In this document: positions 52,701 to 63,758 of the stretch, piece after piece
Position numbering within the stretch: position 1 is the stretch's first letter
Layout of the letters: every line of letters begins with the position of its first letter
Source of the DNA: a virus
Lineage: Duplodnaviria > Caudoviricetes
Strand: one strand, 5' to 3'
DNA: 64,000 nucleotides
IMG/VR virus record: IMGVR_UViG_3300028888_000053
Location: 1-64,000 of that record
The notes under the pieces: model-generated
Databases searched by the model: none
Seen by the model: the letters and a program-made list of their open reading frames with translations, nothing else
Told to the model about the DNA's origin: nothing
Made by a program: the position numbers and the translations under genes

Positions 52701-55700
52701 ATAAGGAGATGTACCGTCGGTCGTGTGTTGATACATTAAAACAGGATCACCAAAATTATTCCAACGATGATTTAAAGAATTCCATTTTCTTTGAGCCCAA
52801 TAAACATATTTTGATGTTTCTGTTGGCTATAATAAATCGTCAGACCAATGCTTATATTTTCTAGTATCATTAACAAGCTTATCGTAATCTTCAGAAAGCA
52901 CGGGTTCTATGATAGGTAAGAAATCATCATTTGTTTTAGCAACACTGTTTGTTTGCTATACAATTTGATATTTATTGCCAACCTTTACATAACCTCTGCA
53001 ATCATAAGCAATAGTTAAATTTGGATTGATTGTATCACTTAATAAATAAACATATTCAACGCCATTTCCATCCTAACCATCTTTAACAAACTGAATTGTT
53101 TCAGAGTCAATAATTAAATCATTTTTTACAGCCTGAACTTCTAATGCACTAAAATCAGTTAGTATTGTATATGGTATTCCAGCATTTCCAGTTGCAGTGC
53201 CAGTTAAATTAATTTTATACTCATAACCCTATTGCTAAGTAGTATCCATATTAGCAATACTAATATTCATTGGCTAACTTTCACTGTCATTTTGAGAATT
53301 TACATACCCTATAAATTGTATTTGAATACTATTATCATTCAAATTCTATCTAGTTACTTCTCCATTCTTAATCATATTAACAGAAATAGAAGCACTTGAT
53401 GAATTTGCAATACCATTAGAATTAATAGATATAGAATTAGGACTAACTACTAATTTGTAAACTTCACCATTACCAATATCCTTGATAAGAACCTTTTGAG
53501 ACTTACTAAGAACAACAGTATTATTATTTTCATCATCAAATGTAATAGATACATTTACAGTACCAGATGTTTCTACTACAGAAGCATTTGGTTTAAATGT
53601 GAGATGATATGATAAATTACTCTGATCAGTAACTGGCTCAAAGATGTTATTAAGATTACTAGAAACTGTTACATTTATTAACGGATTATTATCAGATACA
53701 TTTACTTGCTGTCCTTCATAATAGATACTAGCCTATGTCTGAGAAACGACTTCCAAATCACCAGAAACAGTATCATCATCAATTATAATATAATCATTAT
53801 CAAGTGTTAAAGCATAATTAGAACTAACACTCTCTCCTGTCTCTCCTTGGTAAGAGAAGGAAATTGGTTCAGTATCCCATTCAAATCCATTAACAAACAG
53901 TTTACAATTTATAATTGTTGAACTATTAACATAATCAAGAAATGCAGAATTACTAAAATCAATTGCAATGGTACCTAATTGAACTTGTTTCCTAGTTATT
54001 TTATAAGTATAATCAGCTCCGACAAATGATAATAAAATATAATTTTTATTAACAGTATCATCTGCATCTAATACTAAATTACTAACCTAATCACCGATAC
54101 TTTCAATTGCATTAAATGTAATTACAGTATTTTTATTAGTTTGTAATGTTCCAAGAACATCTTTATATAATACGTTTGGTGTTACATTTAATACGTAATT
54201 TCTACCATCAGAGTAATTCTATATACGAATATTCTATTGTAATGTAGCCACAACACCAGAACCAGCATCAACATAAGCTGCATATGTAATAGTACCATAA
54301 TATTGATGATCTTTAAATGGATATTGAACAGTTGAATCAAACTTTTCTGGATTTGGAATTAAATAAAATCCGACAGGTTTATTATTCTAATTATCTGCCA
54401 ACATTGCAAATAATCCTGGTTCTACCAATTGATCATTTTCGTCATATATAGACTAGGAAACAATATCTATTAAATATGTTCCCATCTCTTGTACAACATC
54501 TTCGTATTTTAATTCTGGTACAAAATAAGAAGCATTTTTTAAGCTTGAAGCAGTAGTATCATCATCAATTACAAGAGAATGTTGAAAATTTAATACATAT
54601 GGAGAGTATCCATCTTTACCATCTTCTGGCATGATGTATACATCACAATCCTCCTATGCTAGATATTCTTCGTTCTTTTTTAATGTAAATACAGCGTAAT
54701 CCAAATTGGCAAAATCATTACCAGTAATATCAGGCAGTTGAATTATTCCGTTTTCTCCGATTAAAGGTTGTTCACCTGTTCCATGATAAGTTACAGAACT
54801 AAGTACAGTTCTGTTATTTGTATATAAAGTAAGCTAAACATTGAAGTCACTAAAATTAGTTACTTGCTATGTAGTAGCTCCAATATAATGATTAATACTT
54901 AACTAAGCACTATTTCCATATACGTAGGTGCGATCTTTCTTTAAACGAATCTAAGATGGGAATACTTTAATATCATAGAATTCATTAGAATCTAATACTA
55001 TAATCTTCTAACTCTACTACCCTGTATATGTAACAGATGAATCATTTGGATCTACATATTCAAAATCTACTTCTACTCCAGTATCGCCAAAGACTTTAGT
55101 ACAATAGAATGACTTTGGATAATAATTGCTATCTGTATACCCAGAGTCTAATTCCGTATTTCCGTCTACTAATTTAAATTCAGCTGTAGTCTATTCACCA
55201 GGAGTGCGACCTATTTCTTTTACTTCTGTAATTCTATACTAATTACCACTTAACGGCTAACCATGATATGTAATAGTTAATGTGGCATAAGATGTTTTCT
55301 TTAAAGTAGCTTTTGCTTCATCCGATAAATTATTACCTAATAAAGTCTGATTTACTAATACATTTTCATTAATTAAATCACAATCAAAATCAGAGAAAGA
55401 TTCAGTACGTAATTTAGACTAATAGAATACAGCTATCGCCTAGTGGTCTTCAATCTCTTTATCAGGAGATAAGATGTAGGCTTCAATGTAATCGTTTACA
55501 TTATCACCACCACTCAAGAATTGCTACATTACATCCTAAGAGAATGTCCAACTACCATTTGTAGTAGTAATAGGTTCAGAATTCTCGTCTTCACTCCAAA
55601 TTTCTCTTACTGTATTACCATTGGTAAATGATAATTTAAAATAATGTGCGTTAGTAGTATCTACTGCATATTTCTATATCGTACCATCCCAATATAATTT

Positions 55701-56840
55701 ATTGGCAGTACATGTAATAGCAGGAGCTAAATTAGTACTAGGAATATTAATAACACCAGGTGCTACTGTTATTTTATAAGAATATTCTTTACTAGTAAAA
55801 CGCATCTGTTGCATAATGGTCATATTCTAAGCACCAACAGATACTAAGAATCCAACAGCAAAGAATGTCTCAGAATTAACTTTACTTAACACCGAATCAT
55901 CATCGACTGATTTAGTATAAGCCAAAACCTCATCAGTTGATAATTTATCATGATCTGTATCAGCCCATTCTAACCAATATACTTTGGCAGGAACTTCTAT
56001 ACCATTAATAGTAGTAATATCTTGCCCTGTACGAACTCTGAATCCATTTCCATTACCATCTGTAATTGGAGCAAAAGAATCCTGTAAAGCTATCGAACTA
56101 ATATTATTACTAGCAACTGGTTCTCCATTATAAAATACCTATAAAATAGTATAAGAAGCTTCTTTTAATGCTTTATTAGAAACTTTTCCATCAATACTTT
56201 TAGGTATGGATACGTTATAATTTGATAAACTACAACGATAAATATCATTACTTACACTTGTACTTGACGATACTCCACCACCACTCAATAAGAATGGTTT
56301 GGACCACTAAGCATTATTAGTAGTACCATCAAGGCCATAAAGTGTATAATTTCCATTCTATTCAACTTTAAAAAGACCATAACAAGCCCAGATTACCTGT
56401 CTATCATAATCAACTTCAACATTGAAAGATGCAGTCCATTCTGTGTTGTTTATAGCCCTTATTAATTCTTGGAAACTATTTGCTCTAGTAATTGTAGGAA
56501 TAGCAATCTTACTCTAATCAGTCTCACTATTTACTAAATAAGCGAAGATGGCTCGAATATCGTTAGACTAAGCTGCACCTCCGCTTTTAGCAACCAACTA
56601 ATTATCGATTATGTGATATTCCTGAATAGAACTTCTAGTCCCATTCACCCATCTAGCAACAGTAGCACCATCAGGAAGAGAAGAAACACCTAATGTTTCT
56701 TGTAGTGTAGAAATAATCTAATCTTCACTAACATCCCAAGGTCCATAATAAATGTCATTAGATGGCTGTGGGATGCCGTCTCTTAGCGATTGCATTTGAA
56801 ACGGCAATCCACGATAATATATTTGGTCTGTATTTGCCAT
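49797..56840 (-). CDS. Large fibre/adhesin-like protein with tandem Ig-like beta repeats (2347 aa, TAG=Gln)
   Basis: Starts MANTDQIYYRG, is in frame with ORFs 50166 and 51963, ends STDENN-TAA. Recurring units YxLxxDNDxxxxDD and DGxxYxLxxxP. Confidence 0.75.
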
Positions 56841-56862
56841 AATAAATAATTATTAATTATTA

Positions 56863-58080
56863 TTATACCTTTGTGACAACAACCTCATACGAGTTGTTCT
56901 AATATGCACCAACTGTAGAATCTCCATAATATACTACAGTATATTCACCAACAGTAATAGATTTCCATCCAGAATGATTTGTCTAGCCCCATAACTCAGT
57001 GTTAAAGGTCTTTTCAGTAATAGTAGTTACATTAAAATCATTTGTCTTAAATGCAAACCATACCACCTTGGTCTATGCTCCATCAAGATTAAATCTATAT
57101 TTAGAAGATGTTACAAATAATCTATTATTAGTTGGATCAGTAATATCTATTTCCATTGCTGGAATTTCATTCTTACCAGTATATATATAACCACCAGGAG
57201 TATATTGCGTAGCACCCTTCTAAATGGCAGTAAATGTCAATGTGTTATTGGATTCATTCTAGGTAAAATCAATATATCCATATCTAAGATTAGGAGTTGT
57301 ATTATCATTAGCAATGACATTTGTGCCATCAAAGTCCAACCAATCAGCATTCCTTACTTTATAAGTATAACCCTATATAGCAGGACTTTCATTGTTGATC
57401 TTCTTCGTACTCGTAACAGTAACAGGTAATTGACCACCAGCAGCTTCAAATTCATTTGTAAACTTATCAAGTAAGAATACATAAGTAGTATTTGGAGTCA
57501 CATCGGTACCTTTAATAATCTAACCATCATCATCCAATTCTATTGGATTAGTAGGACGATCAACAGAAGTATTGACATTATGAATATAATAGTAAGGTCT
57601 ACGAGGTAATGGACGAGCATATAAATTATTCAATATACCAGCCCATAAATCTGCAGTAAGCCTCTATGCTGCAACACTCCAGTAATCACCAGCATTATGA
57701 CAACCATCACGTTTCTTCAATTTGTAAATACATACGCAATTTAAAAGATGGAAATAATCATCTGGTAAATCAACTTCATAAGTGGCACCATATACACTAT
57801 CTATCATTTTAACGTCATCACCAACAACTCCACTAGCACCGCCTTCGAAGTCAGCGTATTCATATGCCTTGTGTGGCTTTAATAATGCGCCGGCTTTTAA
57901 TACGCGCATATTGTCTGTAGTCTGCTAATTAACATCGTAAATATTATACTATTTATTTACAAATTGCTAAATAGCCTTATTGAAAAAATAATTAAAATCG
58001 TCTAATAATACAGAGGGAGCATTCACCTTATTTAATTCAGTTAATACAGCCTCCATAATTTTACGCGCTGTGTATGCCAT
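56863..58080 (-). CDS. N-terminal half of the tail ring/adaptor protein, fused to a BACON domain and a further beta domain (405 aa, TAG=Gln)
   Basis: MAYTARKIMEAVLTELNKVNAP...DFNYFFNKA...LPDDYFHLLNC...RPYYYIHNVN, then FEAAGGQLPVTVTS...ADW...NTTPNLRYGYIDFTQNES...FTAIQKG (BACON-type). Confidence 0.75.
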
Positions 58081-58127
58081 AATTAAACGTATATAAAATA
58101 TAAATAACTATTATCTAAAAACAATTA

Positions 58128-58169
58128 AAGCCTTGCATTACTCAAACAACGGTGAGTAACACAAGGCTT
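58128..58169 (-). terminator. Intrinsic terminator-like hairpin
   Basis: Minus strand AAGCCTTGTGTTACTCA / TGAGTAATGCAAGGCTT followed by a T-rich tail. Confidence 0.7.
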
Positions 58170-58177
58170 GAGTATCA

Positions 58178-59032
58178 TTACTTGGACGGTTTCTTGTCCG
58201 CAAACAATTCGGGATAAACATCCTTACGAATCAATTCTAATACATTCTTGTTCTAAGGATGCTGCATCCAATTAATTACAGCATCATCCGTAGCACCAAG
58301 AATAATGTTATCACCGTAAACGTATAGCTTGTTCTTGTAAATGATAATCTTCTTATCTTTGGCGTCAGCAAACAACAATCTTAATGAGATATCTTCACCT
58401 CTATACAAATTAATAATCTTATCAGGACTCTTCTCAGCAACCTAATCCAAGAAATCAATTACATCAGTATCAGGCATGTTCTCCATTCTTCTGCCTAACA
58501 ATCTAGCTTTTGTTAAGCGACCTTCATACCCGCGCTCGTCTTCAAAAATGTAATTCAACGCTTCACGATACTTCGACTTCTTACTTACTCTCTGCTGAGA
58601 TTCCAAACCAGGACGGTCTACATACAATTCGGCAGTTCCGTAACGAGGAGTGGTGTTTCTATATCCCATTGTGCCATCAATAAGATAATTACCCTGTTTG
58701 TCCTTAGACCAACGCTCAGGTGCAATCATTCGATTATGCTTAATAGCTTCCCAGATAGCCTTATCTCTTGGGTTATCTAAGTTGAAAGTCTGTCCGTCAA
58801 CAATGGTGAACATAGAATTCTCAGGCAAAAATACATTACCACTATTCCGATCTTTATCAGAAAGAATCATGTCTCCGTGAGAATCAACTCTACGTACACA
58901 ATCAGGAAATTCACCAGTTTCAGGATCCTTACAAGGCTAAATAAAATACTTCATTCCAACCTTACCATAAACACTTCTTAGCACAACAACATTACTCTAT
59001 ATATCACTATTCTTAGTACTTTTAGTAGCCAT
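58178..59032 (-). CDS. Conserved crAss protein immediately downstream of the major capsid gene (284 aa, TAG=Gln)
   Basis: MATKSTKN...LRSVYGKVG...extends track ORF 58442 on both sides...RKDVYPELFADKKPSK-TAA. Confidence 0.75.
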
Positions 59033-59065
59033 AAATTTTTTTGTTAATTATAATATATGAAAATA

Positions 59066-59097
59066 TTCTGGGAGAGGGTTTTAATGCTCTCCCAGAA
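59066..59097. terminator. Hairpin after the major capsid gene (terminator or attenuator)
   Basis: TTCTGGGAGAG ... CTCTCCCAGAA, an 11-bp perfect stem. Confidence 0.65.
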
Positions 59098-59141
59098 AAA
59101 TCTATAGGTTATTTTATTATCTAAACAATCTCATTCATTTA

Positions 59142-60563
59142 TCAGATCTCACGAATGATGAACGAACGATAAGGATTAAATACTGCGATACCAGCATAAC
59201 CCCAAGCGACGAGCTTGCTACCAGCAACAGGAGTAGAAACCTGACCACTGGAGAGGCCGTCAAGACCACCAACACCAACAATCTGGTTAGTCAAATACTC
59301 ACCACCCTTAAGAGTGAAGCAAGCAATAGGAGGCTGTGCAGATGTCTTGTCAGCAGTTAAGTCGAGACAGAGGCAATAGCCCTTCTCCGAACCGTACTCA
59401 CGGCTAAGAGCTCTCTCAACCTTGAAGGTAACAGTATTACCAGCAAATTCATAAGAATTATAGGTAGCACCAACCTTTACATAATCATTTGCGGCCTGAG
59501 ACCACAAATAAGAACCATCGGTCTTAGCCTGTACGAGGTAGTCACCAAGTACGAGCTGGAGGTTCTGCCAGAAGCGTTCGTTGCAGATGAAGGTGTAGTG
59601 GTTACCAGTAGGAGTGGCAGCCTTCTCACCCAACATAGCGAGAGCGGTCTGGAATACTTCCATAGATAGACGGTTGTATGCATACTTGGATGCAAATCTC
59701 TCAACCTGAGGAATAAGACCCTCGGTAATGTAAACAGGTCTATTAGTATCGGGATCAACGATAGAAGCCTTACCATTAGCGTCTACATTACCCTTATTAA
59801 ACAACAGACCAGTGTTACGAGCGTACATGAAGTTATCAAGCAAGATCTTCTCTTGTTTGTCCATACGATAAATAACTTCGCTCATGTCGCCATTACCCTT
59901 ACCAGATGCAATCTTGATGAATACATCCTCGTGAGCAGCAAAGAGAGCAGAACGAGAAATATCGTTACGGAAGGTCTGGATAACGTTACGCATCTTGCTA
60001 ACGTTGCTCTGATACTTAACATAACCCTCTTCATGGAGCTCAGGCATAGCGTTGCTTAAGAACATGGTGGTATCACCAATGTTGCAACCAGTAACGTCAA
60101 GTACAGAACTGTAATCGTTGTCGATCAAACGAACCTGTACTTCCCAGTAGTTGTCACGTTTACGAATAGGCTTCGAAACAACCATGCACTACTGACCAGT
60201 TGCGTCAATTCTAAAGATATCATATTTCTCATAATATCTTTCTTTGAAAGCCATGGTAATCTCAGTACCATTAGCGCCATCCTCAGTAGGAACGTCAGCG
60301 AATTCAATACGCTTGATATTATTAGTGGAAATCTCCCACTCGAAATACATCGAATTAATGCTCTAGAATTTGTTGGATGCCTTAGCATCATTGTAGAAGA
60401 TATTTCTCAACGATTCAGTTAAATAAGAAGCGGTCATATCTTCATACATACGAGATACGATACCAAAACGAGTAGGATTAGTACCAATCCACTTACTAAA
60501 GTCTTCATATGTTGCAGTCTCGGACATTGCCGGATGCAAATTTACCATTGTTGCTACTTGCAT
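59142..60563 (-). CDS. Major capsid protein, crAss type (473 aa; TAG=Gln at 60189 and 60363)
   Basis: MQVATMVNLHPAMSETATYEDF...LTESLRNI...MPELHEEGYVKYQSN...EGLIPQVE...FNPYRSFIIREI-TGA. Size, position and biased codon usage fit. Confidence 0.85.
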
Positions 60564-60590
60564 AAAATAATATTTTTTTAGTTGTTAATC

Positions 60591-61673
60591 TTACCAATCG
60601 ATATCATCGATTGACATACGTTTCTTTACCTCTTTATTCTCAGGCCTCTTTACAACAACTTTAGGATCTGCGGGCTATTTATTACTAGAAGCTTTTTTAA
60701 CTCCTTCTTCATAGCCAGCTCGGTGAGCTTTAGTGATCTCTGCCTTATAATAGTCAGAAACACTATTAATAACATCCTCACCCTTTAACGCAAACCACGC
60801 CATCTGCACAAGAGTCTCAGGATCATTCAATGCTTTCTGTAAATAACTAATACCAGCATTGTCAGTTCCAGTTAAAAATGTATAAATTTCATTTTTGTCA
60901 TCATCATCCATATCAACACTAAGCTCTCCAAGAGAGTCAAAATTGTTGATTGCATTTACAACACCATATGCATAACGATCGAAGTTGTCTTGTGCAAGTT
61001 GTTGCTAGTAAGCAGCATCTTTCTGATTCTTTTCATCTTCAAGTCTATGATATTCGTCTCTAAGTCCAGCAATTTCCTTGGCAAATAATGCTTCATTAGA
61101 TTTGGCTCTATCTAAAGCCTCTTGTAATTCCTCCTCAGTAATCTTATCTTGTCCAATACGTGCTTGTAGATCTAACACATAAAGCTCTTCATCCGTAAGG
61201 TCATCTATAGAATACGTTGGTTCAGGAGCTCCCTACTACTACATATATTCTGCTACACCCTGCTGTTTAATAGTTGCAACAAATTCCTCGGGAGTCATAT
61301 TACTGAGTCTCAATCTATTAATAAGATCTATTTCAGAATCATCTAATTGAGTGTTATCATCTACAGGCTATTCATTATTTTGAAGTATGTTGAGTTGTTC
61401 ACGTGAAGTCAAATCATTCCAGTTCTTTTCCTACACCTGATCATTATCATCTAAGAACTTAATCTTCGTAGGATCGTCAATACCTTTCTGCTTCAATAAA
61501 GAAGCAATGACGTCGATCTGTTCATCTGGCTCTTCAGGTTGATTATCTTCAACTACTAGTTCTTCTTCTCCTGTCTAAGTTGGTTCCTCCACAGTCTATT
61601 GCGCAGGATCCGTTTCACTTACGCTTACATCAACTACATCGTCGATGTCAATGTCATCAATACTTATTGCCAT
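60591..61673 (-). CDS. Acidic scaffold-like protein upstream of the major capsid gene (360 aa, TAG=Gln)
   Basis: MAISIDDIDID...ALNDPETLVQMAWFAL...RMSIDDIDW-TAA; highly acidic; conserved position before the capsid gene. Confidence 0.7.
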
Positions 61674-61700
61674 AATACATTAATTAAAAAAGTTAATAAT

Positions 61701-61735
61701 AAAAAAAAAGGAGATTTTACGGGCGTAAAATCTCC
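61701..61735 (-). terminator. Strong intrinsic terminator
   Basis: Minus strand AGGAGATTTTAC-GCCC-GTAAAATCTCCT followed by a T run. Confidence 0.85.
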
Positions 61736-61906
61736 TGATGAAGAAAATATTATTCGATATAAATAAATTCAAATTATCAATGAGATTAACCAACATATTC
61801 TACTATACATATTTACATTTGTGTAGTCTTATTTACCGCTACACCCCTAACCTTAATTTTTGTGCAAATTGTGGTCATTTCATCTAAATCATTTATTACT
61901 GTCGCA

Positions 61907-61935
61907 ATTATAACAATGCGTTATTGATAATTCAA
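61907..61935 (-). promoter_or_regulatory. Putative promoter TTGAAT-N17-TATAAT with extended -10 TG
   Basis: Minus strand TTGAAT tatcaataacgcattgt TATAAT. Confidence 0.6.
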
Positions 61936-61952
61936 ATTATTTGTTGTTTTCG

Positions 61953-62339
61953 TTAAATTCTGTTAAAAACTTGTATGATATTGTTAAATATCACCTAAAT
62001 AAAGTCTCCCAACATAGTGGCAGATTCCTCTGGTTCATAGTCTCTAACAGTACTTATGTGATCTATTAAATGATAACATTCATGTACTAATGTATTCATT
62101 AATTCCGATGATGATGAAACTTCACCAATTCCAATTACGCTTTCTTCTAACATAAAATTAGAATATGTAAAGCCAATATCCAAATCATCATACTAAATCT
62201 GTTTCCTTGCTTTTTCGATTAAGGAAACAGGACAGTCTATGTCCTCTAAAGCATTCTTTATTTCGGGAAAATCCTCGCTATTAATACTATAAAATATCTA
62301 GACTGTCCATCCATCTAATTCATACGTCTACTTTTTCAT
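61953..62339 (-). CDS. Small zincin-like (HExxH) protein (128 aa, TAG=Gln)
   Basis: MKKQTYELDGW...GFTYSN...NTLVHECYH...EPEESA...FNRI-TAA; ATGA overlap with the upstream gene. Confidence 0.75.
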
Positions 62340-62740
62340 AACATCTCTTCCCAATCTATAGCTATTCCGAGTTTGCATGTATCGGCGTACCACCGATTAA
62401 ATACAAGACCATCATAGCCGTCTTCATCTTCTATTACATCTTTAATGTATTTTGCGAGTTGAGCATCATTGGTAATGCTTGAACCATAGAAATCAGCGTA
62501 AGCCATATTAGCTACGTAGACATAATCATATAATTGATTGTTTTCTAGAGTGATTCCAGCATTCTTCAATATAGTATCAACCTTATCCTTATCAAGGGCA
62601 TTTAATCGCTTTCCACCTTTCATCATATAATGTGTTGCAAATTCACACATCTTGCGAGTAAAATGCCAACCATAATTAGACAGATACTTAATCATGTCTT
62701 TTGGTCTCTCATCATATTGGTCCAAGCTATTCCTCATCAT
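62336..62740 (-). CDS. Conserved hypothetical phage protein (134 aa)
   Basis: Track ORF; YLSNYGWHF...YDYVYVANM...FNRWYAD...IDWEEML. Confidence 0.8.
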   Translation of the reverse strand: MMRNSLDQYDERPKDMIKYLSNYGWHFTRKMCEFATHYMMKGGKRLNALDKDKVDTILKNAGITLENNQLYDYVYVANMAYADFYGSSITNDAQLAKYIKDVIEDEDGYDGLVFNRWYADTCKLGIAIDWEEML

Positions 62741-62946
62741 ACGTATCTACTCATTCTTTTTCCACCACGCATGTTATAACGTGCATCATAGTAATCTTCT
62801 TCATCGTCGTACTATTTGCGATGAGCTCTCTGATTCATAGTATCCTCTTCGAGAATCTCGCGAATAGCTTTAGCTTTCTTTTCAATGCAAGAAGCATATT
62901 CCATTACTTTGCCGTAATCGTCTGTGCTATATTCTACTACTATCAT
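62737..62946 (-). CDS. Small charged hypothetical protein (69 aa, TAG=Gln; absent from the ORF track)
   Basis: MIVVEYSTDDYGK...MRGGKRMSRYV-TGA, with ATGA overlaps at both ends. Confidence 0.7.
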
Positions 62947-63434
62947 TTTTCTTTAGTGGTTAATGCGGTTAATATTTTATCTATCTTATTCTCTACGCCT
63001 TCAAACTTTGATTCAAGCGTATTTAAACGATCATCACGTTCTTTATCCTTAGCAAACTGAGGACTCAGTTCTTTTAGAATCTTCTCGCCTTCTTCAATAT
63101 TCTTTTTATAAGTATCAATATTATTTAAGACTTGTTTGCTATTAGATATGATAGTTTCTACTTCTGATTGTAACCCTTGTTTAGTTTCACTCAATGTAAC
63201 CTTTCCATTGTTATAAGTAACAATAGAATACGAACTTGGGATAGAATTATAATCATAAATACTACCATCTATATTAACTTTAAGATCTACATACATAGTG
63301 CTTCCAAATGAATTGTTGACAAAAGCGTTAGCATGAGGAGCACTCACGCTAACTACTTCGCCAATCTTTAATTTTGGAGCATCTGTTTTATCTAGGATAT
63401 AGATCAAGCCTCCTTGCTACAATGAACTAAACAT
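62943..63434 (-). CDS. Conserved hypothetical protein with C-terminal coiled coil (163 aa, TAG=Gln)
   Basis: True start MFSSLQ(TAG)QGGLIYILDK at 63434, one nucleotide after the upstream stop. Confidence 0.75.
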
Positions 63435-63435
63435 A

Positions 63436-63747
63436 TCAAGCTACCAATTTAATTGTGTTAGAAACTTTATTAAACGTAATCAAATGATCACCTGCGGTAA
63501 TTTCTGTTAAAGGATCACCTTCAGCATCAGTTAATGCTAAAGTAGATTCATTAACAACAAGATCAATGCCAAGCACACCAGTTACTGCATCACTAAAGGT
63601 TACAATAACAAGTCCTGCTGGACCAACAAATCTAAAAGTGTGATCAGGTAAAGTATAACTAGCATCAGCAGTTGCACTTCCAACACTTGACTGAGTTGCT
63701 CTTACCGTAGGAATTCCTCCACGATTGCCAATAAGTACATTTGCCAT
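63436..63747 (-). CDS. Small beta-rich hypothetical protein (103 aa)
   Basis: Track ORF; likely start MANVLIGNRGGIP at 63747. Confidence 0.7.
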   Translation of the reverse strand: MANVLIGNRGGIPTVRATQSSVGSATADASYTLPDHTFRFVGPAGLVIVTFSDAVTGVLGIDLVVNESTLALTDAEGDPLTEITAGDHLITFNKVSNTIKLVA

Positions 63748-63758
63748 AATCACATCAA

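Noticed and set aside
49686-57500. Intron or intein as the cause of the split ring gene
   Set aside because: The insert encodes BACON/Ig-like proteins rather than a homing endonuclease or maturase, no splice or intein motifs were seen, and the C-half has its own start and promoter-like motif.
5143-63060. Other short plus-strand and off-frame minus-strand ORFs in the track (e.g. 9616, 13285, 14918, 32641, 59477, 62701)
   Set aside because: They lie within longer code-15 genes and have shadow-like composition.
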